DNA of 64,000 nt, taken from Eubacterium sp. (GTDB lineage: Bacteria > Bacillota > Clostridia > Acetivibrionales > DSM-1351). The translations under genes were made by a program, and so were the position numbers. The DNA is taken from the NCBI GenBank assembly GCA_029266335.1, contig JAQSXC010000011.1, forward strand, positions 1,289-65,288. Reading direction: 5' to 3'. The notes below the pieces were generated by a model. It was not told the origin of the DNA. It was given only the letters and a program-made list of their open reading frames with translations, and did not search any database. Positions 18,940 to 29,283 of this stretch are shown piece after piece (positions within the stretch are counted from its first letter, which is position 1; the number at the start of each line of letters is the position of its first letter).

Positions 18940-20532
18940 ATGAATGCTAGAAATATTGTATTGGATAAATACAGCGCAAAAATATATAAAAACAGAAAAG
19001 AACACATAATGGAAGTGACAGATGAGACAAAAAATCAGCCAATTGCTGCCAATACCCGAACTGTTCCGGGAATTATTACAAACAGAGGTTGTTGCTATGC
19101 AGGCTGTAAGGGCGTTGTTCTCGGACCTTTAAAGGACGTATTGGTATTAACACATGGACCTATAGGCTGCGGTTTTTACTCCTGGGGTACCAGAAGAAAT
19201 AAAGCAAAGACTGATGATGGCAGAAATTTCATTGAATATTGTTTTTCAACAGACCTTCAAGAGCCGGACATAGTATTCGGCGGAGAAAAGAAGCTGAAGC
19301 AGGCTATTAAGGAAGCAATGGAGATATTTAATCCTAAATGCATCATGATATGCTCAACCTGTCCGGTTGGTCTAATAGGTGACGATATCCACGCAGTTGC
19401 AGCAGAGGCAGAAAGTGAGTATGGAATATCCTGTATGGCCTTCAGCTGTGAAGGTTATAAGGGTGTCAGCCAGAGCGGCGGTCACCATATTGCCAATAAT
19501 ACTGTTATGAGAAGGGTTATTGGAACCGGTGATGCACAACCTTCCAGGAAATTCAAGGTAAATGTTCTGGGTGAATACAACATAGGCGGTGACGGCTGGG
19601 AAACAGAAAGGATATTGAAGAGAATAGGTTATGAAGTTGTTGCGGTATTCACAGGGGACGGAAGCTATGATGCTCTGACAAAATCACACACTGCTCAACT
19701 GAATCTTGTTCAGTGTCACCGTTCTATAAACTATATAGCTGAAATGATGAAAACTAAATATGGCATAGATTGGATTAAAGTAAACTTTGTCGGACTGGAA
19801 GCAACAATCCAGGCTCTGAGAGATATGGCTTTATATTTTGGAGATCCTGAACTGACAGCAAGAACAGAAGAGGTCATTGCAGATGAATTGGCAAGCATTG
19901 CCGAAGCAAAAGACTACTATTATTCTAAGCTAAAAGGTAAAACAGCTGCTTTATTTGTTGGAGGCTCGAGAGCTCATCATTTTCAGAAGTTGCTGGAGGA
20001 TTTCGGCGTAAAAACAGTTCTTGCCGGGTACGAATTTGCTCACAGAGATGACTATGAAGGAAGATATGTTATCCCGACGATCAAGGAAGATGCAGATAGT
20101 AAAAACATTGAACACATCGAGGTTGAAAAGGATCCCGAAAAATATCAGGCATTCCTTACAGAAGAGCAGTACGAGGCTCTTAAATCAAAAATACAGCTGG
20201 AAAATTACTATGGGATGATTCCTGATATGGAAAATGGCAGCATAGTCGTTGATGACTTGAACCAATTTGAAACTGATGAATTTATTAAGTTACTTAAACC
20301 AGATATTTTCTTCTCGGGTGTTAAGGACAAATATCAGATTCAAAAAGCAGGAATTGTATCAAAACAGCTGCACTCGTATGACTACAGCGGACCATATTCA
20401 GGATTCCAGGGAGCAATAAACTTTGCCCGTGATGTAACAATGGGACTCTACACTCCGGCATGGGGACTTGTCACAGCTCCATGGAAAAACAAGTCCGTAT
20501 TAAAGGCGAAACTAGCAGGAGGTGAACGGTAA
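18940..20532 (+). CDS. nifD: Nitrogenase MoFe protein alpha chain (group II, with insertion)
   Basis: RGCCYAGC, HGPIGC, STCPVG P-cluster Cys; VQCHRS and QLHSYDY FeMo-co ligands. Confidence 0.97.
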   Translation: MNARNIVLDKYSAKIYKNRKEHIMEVTDETKNQPIAANTRTVPGIITNRGCCYAGCKGVVLGPLKDVLVLTHGPIGCGFYSWGTRRNKAKTDDGRNFIEYCFSTDLQEPDIVFGGEKKLKQAIKEAMEIFNPKCIMICSTCPVGLIGDDIHAVAAEAESEYGISCMAFSCEGYKGVSQSGGHHIANNTVMRRVIGTGDAQPSRKFKVNVLGEYNIGGDGWETERILKRIGYEVVAVFTGDGSYDALTKSHTAQLNLVQCHRSINYIAEMMKTKYGIDWIKVNFVGLEATIQALRDMALYFGDPELTARTEEVIADELASIAEAKDYYYSKLKGKTAALFVGGSRAHHFQKLLEDFGVKTVLAGYEFAHRDDYEGRYVIPTIKEDADSKNIEHIEVEKDPEKYQAFLTEEQYEALKSKIQLENYYGMIPDMENGSIVVDDLNQFETDEFIKLLKPDIFFSGVKDKYQIQKAGIVSKQLHSYDYSGPYSGFQGAINFARDVTMGLYTPAWGLVTAPWKNKSVLKAKLAGGER

Positions 20533-21896
20533 TGCTTAATTTGACACCAAAAGAAGTATCGGAACGCAGTGCCCTCAGAGTCAATCCGTGTAAAACCTGT
20601 CAGCCTGTCGGTGCTCTTTATGCAGCACTGGGGGTTCACAATTGTATGCCTCACAGCCATGGCTCACAAGGCTGCGTATCCTATCACAGAACTTTCCTGA
20701 GCAGACATTTCAAGGAACCGGCAATTGCTTCAACAAGCTCATTTACTGAAGGTGCATCGGTATTCGGCGGCGGCAGCAACATCAAGACAGGTGTTAAAAA
20801 TGTATTTGATATTTACAATCCGGACATAATTGCTGTTCACACTACCTGTCTCAGTGAAACCATAGGAGATGACCTGAATGCTTTTATACAGGATATTGAC
20901 TTGCCCGAAGGTAAAATAGTAGTTCACACAAATACACCAAGCTATGTAGGCTCACATATTAACGGTTTTTATAATATGATGGCAGGTTTTATAACCTATC
21001 TGTCAAAATCAACCGGAAAGTCAAACGGCAAAACTGCTATATTCCCGGGTTTCGTTAATCCCGGGGACATAAGGGAAATGAAGAAAATAGCCAATTTCCT
21101 TAAGGTACCGTTTACAATGTTCCCGGACCAGAGCGGTGTAATGGATGCACCAATGACTGGTGACTATTCGATGTATCCGAAGGGCGGAACCACCATACCT
21201 GAAATAGTAGGCTTAGGTGATTGCGGGACGGTTCTGGCATTAGGTGAACTAACCAGTGCGGAACCGGCAAGTATACTGGAAAGAAAGTGCAAGGTACAGT
21301 ACGAGCTATTGCCGCTTCCAATAGGAATAGAAGCCACAGACAAATTTGTAATGGCATTGGCCGGAATATCCAATGCTGAAGTACCTTACGAACTTGAGGA
21401 AGAACGTGGACAGCTGGTGGATCTTATGCTGGATGCACATTTCTATTTCTTCAACAAGACTGTGGCAATATTCGGCGATCCTGATACTGTATTGGGCTTA
21501 ACCAGAATGGTGCTTGAAATGGGTATGATTCCGAAATATGTACTGACAGGAACTCCCGGAGAAAACTTCGTCAGACTTGCTCAGGCAATATTTGCCCAAT
21601 ATGGGGTAGAAGGCTGTACAGCCAGGGCGTCAGGTGATTTGTTTGAGCTTCATCAGTGGATCAAAAACGAAAAGGTTGATTTACTGCTGGGTTCCTCCTA
21701 TGGCAAGCAGATTGCCAAGGCAGAAGATATTCCATTTGTCAGAGCCGGTTTTCCCATTCTTGACAGATATGCACATTCAAATTCACCGATTGTCGGTTAC
21801 AAAGGTGCAATGAGACTGGTTGAAATGATAGCTAATGCATTGATGGAAAGACAGGACAGAGATGCCACCGACGAGGATTTCGAGATAGTAATGTAG
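20532..21896 (+). CDS. nifK: Nitrogenase MoFe protein beta chain
   Basis: NPCKTCQPVGA, HGSQGC, TTCLSETIGDD, C-terminal FEIVM. Confidence 0.97.
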   Translation: MLNLTPKEVSERSALRVNPCKTCQPVGALYAALGVHNCMPHSHGSQGCVSYHRTFLSRHFKEPAIASTSSFTEGASVFGGGSNIKTGVKNVFDIYNPDIIAVHTTCLSETIGDDLNAFIQDIDLPEGKIVVHTNTPSYVGSHINGFYNMMAGFITYLSKSTGKSNGKTAIFPGFVNPGDIREMKKIANFLKVPFTMFPDQSGVMDAPMTGDYSMYPKGGTTIPEIVGLGDCGTVLALGELTSAEPASILERKCKVQYELLPLPIGIEATDKFVMALAGISNAEVPYELEEERGQLVDLMLDAHFYFFNKTVAIFGDPDTVLGLTRMVLEMGMIPKYVLTGTPGENFVRLAQAIFAQYGVEGCTARASGDLFELHQWIKNEKVDLLLGSSYGKQIAKAEDIPFVRAGFPILDRYAHSNSPIVGYKGAMRLVEMIANALMERQDRDATDEDFEIVM

Positions 21897-21907
21897 TTTT
21901 TATATAA

Positions 21908-21973
21908 ATGTCAAGTGAATCTCACTGGTCTCCTGTTATTATTCAACAGATAGATCATGAGATTCACTGGCAT
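21908..21973 (+). other. Intergenic stem-loop between nifK and nifE (no U-tract)
   Basis: AGTGAATCTCA / TGAGATTCACT with an inner CTGTT/AACAG stem. Confidence 0.65.
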
Positions 21974-22028
21974 ACCCAATTTAAAAATTTAACGCAATAA
22001 ATATATGAGAAGGAGGGTCAGGAGTATT

Positions 22029-23366
22029 ATGGAAGCGACAATTTTGGATGATAGAAAAGAATTTATAGGTTACGGAAAAACCAACAAAACAATTAAGTGT
22101 GAAAGTGACAGCCTTTCAGGTTCCGTAAGCCAGCGGGCCTGTGTATACTGCGGCGCCAGAGTTGTACTGAATCCGATTACAGATGCCTTTCATATTGTAC
22201 ATGGCCCTATTGGCTGCGCCAGCTACACCTGGGATATAAGGGGCAGTCTTACCAGCGGCAGCGATTTATTCAGAACAAGCTTTTCAACAGATTTAAGTGA
22301 ACAGGATATAGTCTTTGGCGGAGAAAAGAAACTGACGGCAGCAATTGATGAAATAGTTGAAAAGCACCAGCCTAAACTGATTTTTGTATATGCAACCTGC
22401 ATAGTAGGTGTTATAGGCGACGATGTTGAAGCCGTATGCAGGCAGGCAGAAAAAAAGTATGGAATAAGAGTTATTCCTGTTAAATCACCGGGTTTTTCCG
22501 GGAACAAATCCTATGGCTATAAAATGGCCTGTAATGCAATTCTGTCATTGCTTGAACCCTATAAGAAACTCCCTAAAACAAAGGGAGTCAATATATTAGG
22601 AGACTTCAACCTGGCAGGTGAAATGTGGATAATAAAAAACTATCTCAGGGAGATTGGTATTCCTGTTGTTTCCACAATCACAGGGGATGCAAGCCATGAT
22701 ACTTTGATAAAGGCTCCTTCGGCACAGCTCAATATAGTTCAGTGTGCAGGTTCCATGACCTATCTGGCAAAAAAAATGGAGCAGGAAATGGGAATCCCAT
22801 TTGTAAAGATAAGCTTTTTTGGTGTTGAGGATACCTCACAATCCCTGATTCGAATAGCTGAAGCTTTGGGAGATGGTGAAAGTATTAAAAAGGCAGAACT
22901 TTTTACTGAAATCGAAACAGACAGACTTAAAAGTTTTTCAGATAAATACAAAAAGAATTTTGAAGGCAAGAAAGCTGCCATCTATGTGGGAGGAGGCTTT
23001 AAAGCCATATCTCTCATAAGGCAGTTCAATGAAATGGGAATTGAAACAGTTTTAGTAGGAACACAAACAGGTAAGGCAGAGGATTATGAGATAATTTCAA
23101 GCCTTGTAGGAGAGAATACAGTAATTTTAGATGACGCAAATCCTGCCGAATTGGAAGCTTTTATAAAAGAAAAGGGCGCAGACATACTGGTGGGAGGAGT
23201 CAAAGAGAGACCGCTGGCGTATAAACTGGGTATAGCCTTTTGTGACCACAACCATGAGAGAAAGCATGCTTTGGCAGGCTACGACGGAGTAATAAATTTC
23301 ACAAAAGAAATCAATCTATCCTTGAACAGTCCGGTCTGGGAATACGTTAAAGCCGGCGAAGAGTGA
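22029..23366 (+). CDS. nifE: FeMo-cofactor scaffold protein NifE
   Basis: SQRACVYCGA, HGPIGC, ATCIVG, VQCAGS; AGGAG RBS before ATG 22029. Confidence 0.95.
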   Translation: MEATILDDRKEFIGYGKTNKTIKCESDSLSGSVSQRACVYCGARVVLNPITDAFHIVHGPIGCASYTWDIRGSLTSGSDLFRTSFSTDLSEQDIVFGGEKKLTAAIDEIVEKHQPKLIFVYATCIVGVIGDDVEAVCRQAEKKYGIRVIPVKSPGFSGNKSYGYKMACNAILSLLEPYKKLPKTKGVNILGDFNLAGEMWIIKNYLREIGIPVVSTITGDASHDTLIKAPSAQLNIVQCAGSMTYLAKKMEQEMGIPFVKISFFGVEDTSQSLIRIAEALGDGESIKKAELFTEIETDRLKSFSDKYKKNFEGKKAAIYVGGGFKAISLIRQFNEMGIETVLVGTQTGKAEDYEIISSLVGENTVILDDANPAELEAFIKEKGADILVGGVKERPLAYKLGIAFCDHNHERKHALAGYDGVINFTKEINLSLNSPVWEYVKAGEE

Positions 23367-23446
23367 GTCCTGGTATATTTCAAAGCAAAAGACAAGGCTT
23401 TTATTATTACTTGTTTAGCGTGCAGGGCACGCAGAAGGGAGATGCC

Positions 23447-26119
23447 ATGAGTAAGAATTTGACCAGTTTGAATGTTAATCCCTGTAAAATGTGTATGCCA
23501 ATGGGGAGTGTAAGCGCCTTTTACGGAATCAGGAAATGCATGACCATACTTCATGGTTCTCAGGGATGCAGCACGTATATACGGCGCCATATGGCAACCC
23601 ATTATAACGAGCCGGTAGATATTGCTTCCTCATCACTGACCGAAGAGGGAACAGTCTTCGGCGGCGAGCACAATCTGATAAAGGGTCTTGAGAATATGAT
23701 AGAACTTTATAATCCGGAGGTAATCGGTATAGCTACCACCTGCCTTGCAGAAACCATCGGGGAAGATATTCCGAGAATAATAAAGGGGTTCTATGATACC
23801 CACCCATATATAGATGTAAAAATAATTCCCGTATCCTCGGCAGGATATTCGGGAACTCAGTATGAGGGTTTCTTCAAAGCCTTGAGAGCAATTGTGGAAA
23901 ACGTTGATATGGTTCAAGGCAGGAATAATAAAGTCAATATTATAACTGGTATGATATCACCTGCCGATACAAGAAGCTTGAAAAAGTTATTGGAGGCTAT
24001 GAACCTTGATTATATATTACTTCCCGATCTGTCAGACAATCTGGATGGTCAGCATACAGAGAATTACAACAGGCTGCCTGACGGGGGTACTTCAATTGAG
24101 GAAATTGCCCTGATGGGTGGTGCAAGGCTGACAATTGAGATCTCAGCCTTTGCAAAGGATGAAAATTCACCGGCCCAGTATCTGTATGATACCTATGGCG
24201 TACCCTTCATCAGATGCAATCTTCCTGTAGGGCTGCGTGATACAGATGCATTTATTTCGGCACTGGAAAAGGCCGGCGGAAGAAAATCCGACGAACTGCG
24301 GAAAGACAGGGGCAGGTATCTGGATGCGATGATTGATTCGCATAAATATAATGCCGAAGGCCGTGCAGTAATATTCGGAGAACCTGATTTTGTATTTTCA
24401 GCCGCAAGATTGTGTGCAGAAAACGGAATAATGCCGGTTCTGATTGCAACCGGGGCAAAATGCAGCTCACTGGCTTCACTGCTTGAAAAGGATATTAAAA
24501 AGGTAGCAGATTTTCTCTTTATAGATAATTACAAAATAATAGATAATGCAGATTTTGATAACATAGAAAAATATGCTTTGGAGCTGGGAGCAAATGTTAT
24601 GGTCGGAAGCTCCGACGGCAGGCGAATAGAAGAAAAATATCAGCTTCCTCTGGTAAGATGCGCATTTCCCATCCATGACCATGTGGGAGGACAGCGGGTC
24701 AGAATGCTTGGCTATGAGGGTTCCCTTATTCTTTTGGACCGTATTACCAATACTCTTCTGAGTCAAAAAGAACACAGATTCAGAAATGAGCTTTACAAAA
24801 AGTACTATAGAGAAGATGAAGATGTGTCTGCCGGTACGACACCTGAAAAGCTTGAATTGAAGGTTGTTATGGACAAAAAAGCTGTTATGGCAAAGAAAAC
24901 TGAGACACATCCCTGCTTTAACGGCTGCGGCAGTCAGTATGCAAGAATGCATCTGCCTGTAGCACCTGCCTGTAACATACAATGCAACTACTGCGTCAGG
25001 AAGTTTGACTGCCCCAATGAAAGCAGGCCGGGAGTTACCACTGAAGTTCTCTCACCTGAGGAGGCTTGCAAAAAGTATCAAATAGTGAAAGAAAAGATGC
25101 CTAATCTTAAAGTTGTGGGTATAGCAGGTCCGGGAGATTCTCTGGCAGAGTTTGAAAAGACAAAAAGAACCTTAACCCTTATCAGAGAAATTGATCCTGA
25201 GGTGACCTTCTGCTTATCCACAAACGGACTGATGCTTCCGCTGTACGCTGATGAACTTGTTGAATTAGGTGTATCGCATGTAACAGTGACAATGAATGCA
25301 GTTAATGCTTCCATAGGCGCGAAGATTTACAAGCATATAGACTTTATGGGCAACAGATATTTCGGAGAAGTGGGAGCGGCAATTCTTATGGCCAATCAGC
25401 TGGCAGGTTTGAAGAGACTCACCTCACTGGGGATTGTCTGTAAGGTTAACATAGTAATGCTTAAAGGCATAAATGAATTTCATATACCTGTAGTTGTTGC
25501 AAAGGTGAAGGAACTGGGCTGTGAAATAACAAACATCATGCAGATGATACCTGTTGCAGGAAGTGCTTTTGAAAACATGCCTCTTACAAGCAATAAAGAG
25601 ATTATGGAAATGCGCAAAAAATGCGAGCTTTCAATGAAGCAAATGTATCACTGCCGCCAGTGCAGAGCAGATGCCATCGGAACTCTTGACAATGATCAGT
25701 CTATAAATTTCAGAGGTTGTACTGTAGCCTGTCCAAGTGAGAAAAAGGAGGCAAAGGCTGAAAAGCCCATACTCTTTGCTGTTTCTTCCAAGAGTGGAGT
25801 TCTGGTAGACCAACATTTTGGCCATGCAACAGATTTCTATATATACGAGTATAAGGACAACAATATCAGATTCAAGGAAAGAAGAAGTGTATCCAAGTAC
25901 TGTGACGGATCGGACAGTTGTGACGGGATGGGGGGCGGGAAAAAAGAAGGTAAAATAGATGCTATTCTTGAGGTGGTAAAGGATTGCACAGGAGTTCTGG
26001 CAATGCGTATCGGAGAGGCACCAAAGCAGAAACTCAAGGAGAAATCCATCGAAACCTTTACTACTTATGACCGCATTGAAGATGCTGTCAGGCAGGCAGT
26101 AGAAAAACTCTGTGTGTAA
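23447..26119 (+). CDS. nifN-B: NifN-NifB fusion with C-terminal NifX-like domain
   Basis: NifN-like N-terminus (NPCKMCMPMG, HGSQGC); NifB HPC, CNIQCNYC radical-SAM motif, ESRPG, CRQCRADA; C-terminal VDQHFGHA. Confidence 0.95.
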   Translation: MSKNLTSLNVNPCKMCMPMGSVSAFYGIRKCMTILHGSQGCSTYIRRHMATHYNEPVDIASSSLTEEGTVFGGEHNLIKGLENMIELYNPEVIGIATTCLAETIGEDIPRIIKGFYDTHPYIDVKIIPVSSAGYSGTQYEGFFKALRAIVENVDMVQGRNNKVNIITGMISPADTRSLKKLLEAMNLDYILLPDLSDNLDGQHTENYNRLPDGGTSIEEIALMGGARLTIEISAFAKDENSPAQYLYDTYGVPFIRCNLPVGLRDTDAFISALEKAGGRKSDELRKDRGRYLDAMIDSHKYNAEGRAVIFGEPDFVFSAARLCAENGIMPVLIATGAKCSSLASLLEKDIKKVADFLFIDNYKIIDNADFDNIEKYALELGANVMVGSSDGRRIEEKYQLPLVRCAFPIHDHVGGQRVRMLGYEGSLILLDRITNTLLSQKEHRFRNELYKKYYREDEDVSAGTTPEKLELKVVMDKKAVMAKKTETHPCFNGCGSQYARMHLPVAPACNIQCNYCVRKFDCPNESRPGVTTEVLSPEEACKKYQIVKEKMPNLKVVGIAGPGDSLAEFEKTKRTLTLIREIDPEVTFCLSTNGLMLPLYADELVELGVSHVTVTMNAVNASIGAKIYKHIDFMGNRYFGEVGAAILMANQLAGLKRLTSLGIVCKVNIVMLKGINEFHIPVVVAKVKELGCEITNIMQMIPVAGSAFENMPLTSNKEIMEMRKKCELSMKQMYHCRQCRADAIGTLDNDQSINFRGCTVACPSEKKEAKAEKPILFAVSSKSGVLVDQHFGHATDFYIYEYKDNNIRFKERRSVSKYCDGSDSCDGMGGGKKEGKIDAILEVVKDCTGVLAMRIGEAPKQKLKEKSIETFTTYDRIEDAVRQAVEKLCV

Positions 26120-26232
26120 ATATTGCTTCCGTGACTTATTAGGCATTTATACAGTGCATTTACGGGGAAATATAATATTTTAAAAGGGTTTTAGTAATAC
26201 AATTATATTTAAACGAAAGTGAGGAATTTATT

Positions 26233-26541
26233 ATGATCAGTCCGAAATATCATGTCTTTGTCTGTGCAAGTTGCAGAATTAACGGAACCCAGAAGGGATA
26301 CTGCCATTCAAAAGGAGCAGTAAATTTAATTCAGAAGTTTATGGAGGAGATTGATGACAGAGATCTGTCAGGCGATGTAATGGTAACCAATACAGGCTGC
26401 TTCGGAATATGCGATAAAGGTCCTGTGGTTGTAATTTATCCTGAAGGTACCTGGTACGGAAATGTGACAGAGGATGATGTTGAGGAAATCGTAGAGAGTC
26501 ATCTGGAAAATGGAGAAAAGGTAAAAAAGCTGATTATTTAG
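26233..26541 (+). CDS. fdxA: Thioredoxin-like [2Fe-2S] ferredoxin (nif-associated)
   Basis: HVFVC...GYC...TGCFGICDKGP..YPEGTWY. Confidence 0.88.
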   Translation: MISPKYHVFVCASCRINGTQKGYCHSKGAVNLIQKFMEEIDDRDLSGDVMVTNTGCFGICDKGPVVVIYPEGTWYGNVTEDDVEEIVESHLENGEKVKKLII

Positions 26542-26641
26542 TATGGAACTGTTGTATCGAGAATATTATTTACGCCTTACCCGGCTCATGGTAGGTGTGT
26601 ATTTATGAATTTCATTCAATTTCTATGGGCCAGAAAGGCTG

Positions 26642-27613
26642 ATGGTAATTATTATGATAAGAATTACAGATGTAACTCTATGTACCATAAATTATAAGTC
26701 TGCCTCCAGGGAATTACTGCTGAAGCTCTATGAACTTCTGCTTCAAACGGGGGTTAATTTTATAGAAATTACCATACCCATTTTAAACATAATTGGTGAT
26801 AGTATTGATCTGAGCAAAACAATACTGAGAGTTGGACATCCTGCAGAAATAAAATTTCATCTGGGTTTTATAAGGTACGTTTGCAGGCACAGCGGTTTTG
26901 ATATTCCTTCAGGTACCATTTCCGAAATACAGGTCAATGATATCAGAGAAATCAATATACTTAATAGATTTTCCGAGTATCAGCACATACGTATTGTAGG
27001 TATGGATGACCTTTTGCAGCATGATTATATGAATGTATTTGACAGACTGAAGAGAATAAATGGCAGCCAGCCTGAATTCTGTCCTCAAAATAATTACTAT
27101 TGCGCAACTGCTCTTGCAGTTGAATGGATATTAAACGGTGGAGACAGTATCGCTGCAAGTTTTTGCGGAAATGGCGGATATGCAGCTCTGGAAGAAGTTT
27201 TGATGGCACTTCGTATAACAAAACGCCATAAACCCAATCAGGATTTGTCCATACTAAGAGAACTGAAAAGCATTTTTGTAGAGATAACCGGAACTGCAAT
27301 ATCTCCAAACAAGCCTGTAATAGGAGACAAAATTTTTGATGTGGAGTCGGGCATTCATGTGGACGGAATATATAAAAACGGCGCCAACTATGAACCCTTT
27401 GAACCTTCCGTTGTCGGAATGGAAAGGAAGATAATAGCCGGTAAACATTCCGGCAGAACTGCTATTGAACTAAAGCTGAAGGAGTATGGAATAGTCTTCC
27501 CGAAAGAAAGGATACCTGAATTGTTAAGCAATGTTCAGGATATGAGCATCAGTTTGGGAAGAAGTATAACAGATGAGGAATTTATTAAGCTTGCCGATAA
27601 TTTATCGAAATAG
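26642..27613 (+). CDS. nifV: Homocitrate synthase omega subunit (split NifV)
   Basis: Degenerate TIM barrel (DVTLC, NNYYCATA) plus PNKPVIG..IFDVESGIHVDG..YEPF..GKHSG; order omega-alpha as in C. pasteurianum. Confidence 0.82.
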   Translation: MVIIMIRITDVTLCTINYKSASRELLLKLYELLLQTGVNFIEITIPILNIIGDSIDLSKTILRVGHPAEIKFHLGFIRYVCRHSGFDIPSGTISEIQVNDIREINILNRFSEYQHIRIVGMDDLLQHDYMNVFDRLKRINGSQPEFCPQNNYYCATALAVEWILNGGDSIAASFCGNGGYAALEEVLMALRITKRHKPNQDLSILRELKSIFVEITGTAISPNKPVIGDKIFDVESGIHVDGIYKNGANYEPFEPSVVGMERKIIAGKHSGRTAIELKLKEYGIVFPKERIPELLSNVQDMSISLGRSITDEEFIKLADNLSK

Positions 27614-27625
27614 TATTATTAAGAA

Positions 27626-27692
27626 AAGATTAAATAATAAACCTGCTTTAAAGGCAGTCAGTTGTCCAAATAACAATTTATTATTTAATCTT
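27626..27692. repeat. 16-bp inverted repeat resembling the MITE termini
   Basis: AAGATTAAATAATAAA / TTTATTATTTAATCTT. Confidence 0.5.
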
Positions 27693-27743
27693 CCTATGTC
27701 AATAAAATCGGTTTAACCGATTGGTCGATTTTCCGGCAGAGGG

Positions 27744-28565
27744 GTGGGCTTAATTTTGAAGCAGAAAAAATATATTATAGATACGACACTTCGGGATGGA
27801 GAACAAAGTCCGGGTTTTGCTTTCAGTATGGAGCAAAAGGTAAAACTGGCAATATTGATGGACAGGGCAGGAATTCATCAGATCGAAGCGGGAATCCCTG
27901 CTATGGGTAAGTATGAAAAGGACTCAATATGCAGGATAATGGAAAACAGGCACCGGGCAAGAGTCTCAACCTGGAACAGGTTGAACAGGGAGGATATTGA
28001 GCATTCCTTAGACTGTAATCCGGACACTATTCATATCAGTGCACCTGTATCTTATGTCCATATATATTCAAAACTTAAAAAGAACAAGATCTGGCTTCAG
28101 AAAAATCTTCAGGAATGCGTGGGATTTGCTCTTGATAAGGGATATAACGTAACTGTGGGTTTTGAAGATGCTTCAAGAGCCGATATAACCTTTATGATCA
28201 GTATTGCCAATTTATTAAAGGATATGGGGGTATCAAGCATAAGATTTGCAGATACCGTTGGAGTACTGACACCCTCCAGATCCTATCAGGCAATCAGTGA
28301 AATTAAAAGTCATACAGGCATAGCTCTGGGAATTCATGCACATAACGATCTGGGAATGGCTGTCGCAAATTCACTGGAAGCAGCAAGAGCCGGAGCTGAT
28401 TACATGGACACGACCCTTTTCGGTATCGGAGAAAGAGCCGGAAATTGCGACCTGAATCAATTAATAACAGCTTCCGAGCATATTTTTGACATACGCCCCA
28501 ATCACACCGATGCAAGTCTTTTAAAGGAAAAAGTCAGAGAAATCATATTTGGAAGACAGATATAA
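27744..28565 (+). CDS. nifV: Homocitrate synthase alpha subunit (split NifV)
   Basis: DTTLRDGEQ, EDASRAD, ADTVG, HAHNDLGMAVAN, GIGERAGN. Confidence 0.88.
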   Translation: MGLILKQKKYIIDTTLRDGEQSPGFAFSMEQKVKLAILMDRAGIHQIEAGIPAMGKYEKDSICRIMENRHRARVSTWNRLNREDIEHSLDCNPDTIHISAPVSYVHIYSKLKKNKIWLQKNLQECVGFALDKGYNVTVGFEDASRADITFMISIANLLKDMGVSSIRFADTVGVLTPSRSYQAISEIKSHTGIALGIHAHNDLGMAVANSLEAARAGADYMDTTLFGIGERAGNCDLNQLITASEHIFDIRPNHTDASLLKEKVREIIFGRQI

Positions 28566-28605
28566 TTCATCATTCGGCAAACATCAACTAAAGGAGGTGA
28601 ATACC

Positions 28606-29283
28606 ATGGATTTATCACCATTATTTATATCACTCAAGGTTGCCTTTACGGCTACATTCATAACAATATTTGCAGGAATTGCGGCAGCAAGATATGTTCT
28701 GAAAATTAAAAGATTAAATGGCTTCATTGATGGCTTGTTTACACTTCCCATGGTATTGCCTCCTACGGTTGTTGGTTTCTTTCTGCTGGTTCTGCTGGGC
28801 AAAAACAGTGTTCTGGGGAAATTGCTTATACAAATGAATATTAATGTTGTATTTACTTGGGTAGGGGCTGTAATAGCCTCTACTGTCGTATCATTCCCGT
28901 TAATGTACAGAACGGTAAGAGGGGCCCTGGAGCAATTTGATATTAATATTATCTATGCTGCAAGGACTCTTGGCATAAAGGAAAGCAGGATTTTTTTGAC
29001 TATTGTAATCCCTAATGTAATACCAAGTTTGATAGCAGGAACCATTCTGACCTTTGCCAGAGCTCTGGGGGAATTTGGGGCCACCATGATGCTGGCAGGA
29101 AACATTCCCGGAAAAACTCAGACCATGTCGGTAGCTGTTTATTCGGCCGTTCAGGCAGGAGACACAAATACTGCTTACCGCTGGGTTGCTGTTGTCTGTG
29201 CAATGTCCTTTACTGCAATGATTTTCATGAATTATTTGAATGCAAGGCAAGTTCAAAAAACCTCTAAAAGGGGGGATTTTTAA
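28606..29283 (+). CDS. modB: Molybdate ABC transporter permease
   Basis: LPMVLPPTVVGF, FARALGEFGATMMLAGNIPGKTQT; AAGGAGGTG RBS. Confidence 0.95.
   Translation: MDLSPLFISLKVAFTATFITIFAGIAAARYVLKIKRLNGFIDGLFTLPMVLPPTVVGFFLLVLLGKNSVLGKLLIQMNINVVFTWVGAVIASTVVSFPLMYRTVRGALEQFDINIIYAARTLGIKESRIFLTIVIPNVIPSLIAGTILTFARALGEFGATMMLAGNIPGKTQTMSVAVYSAVQAGDTNTAYRWVAVVCAMSFTAMIFMNYLNARQVQKTSKRGDF

Noticed and set aside
23447-28565. NifN-NifB fusion and split nifV as novelties
   Set aside because: Both are established features of clostridial nif clusters such as C. pasteurianum
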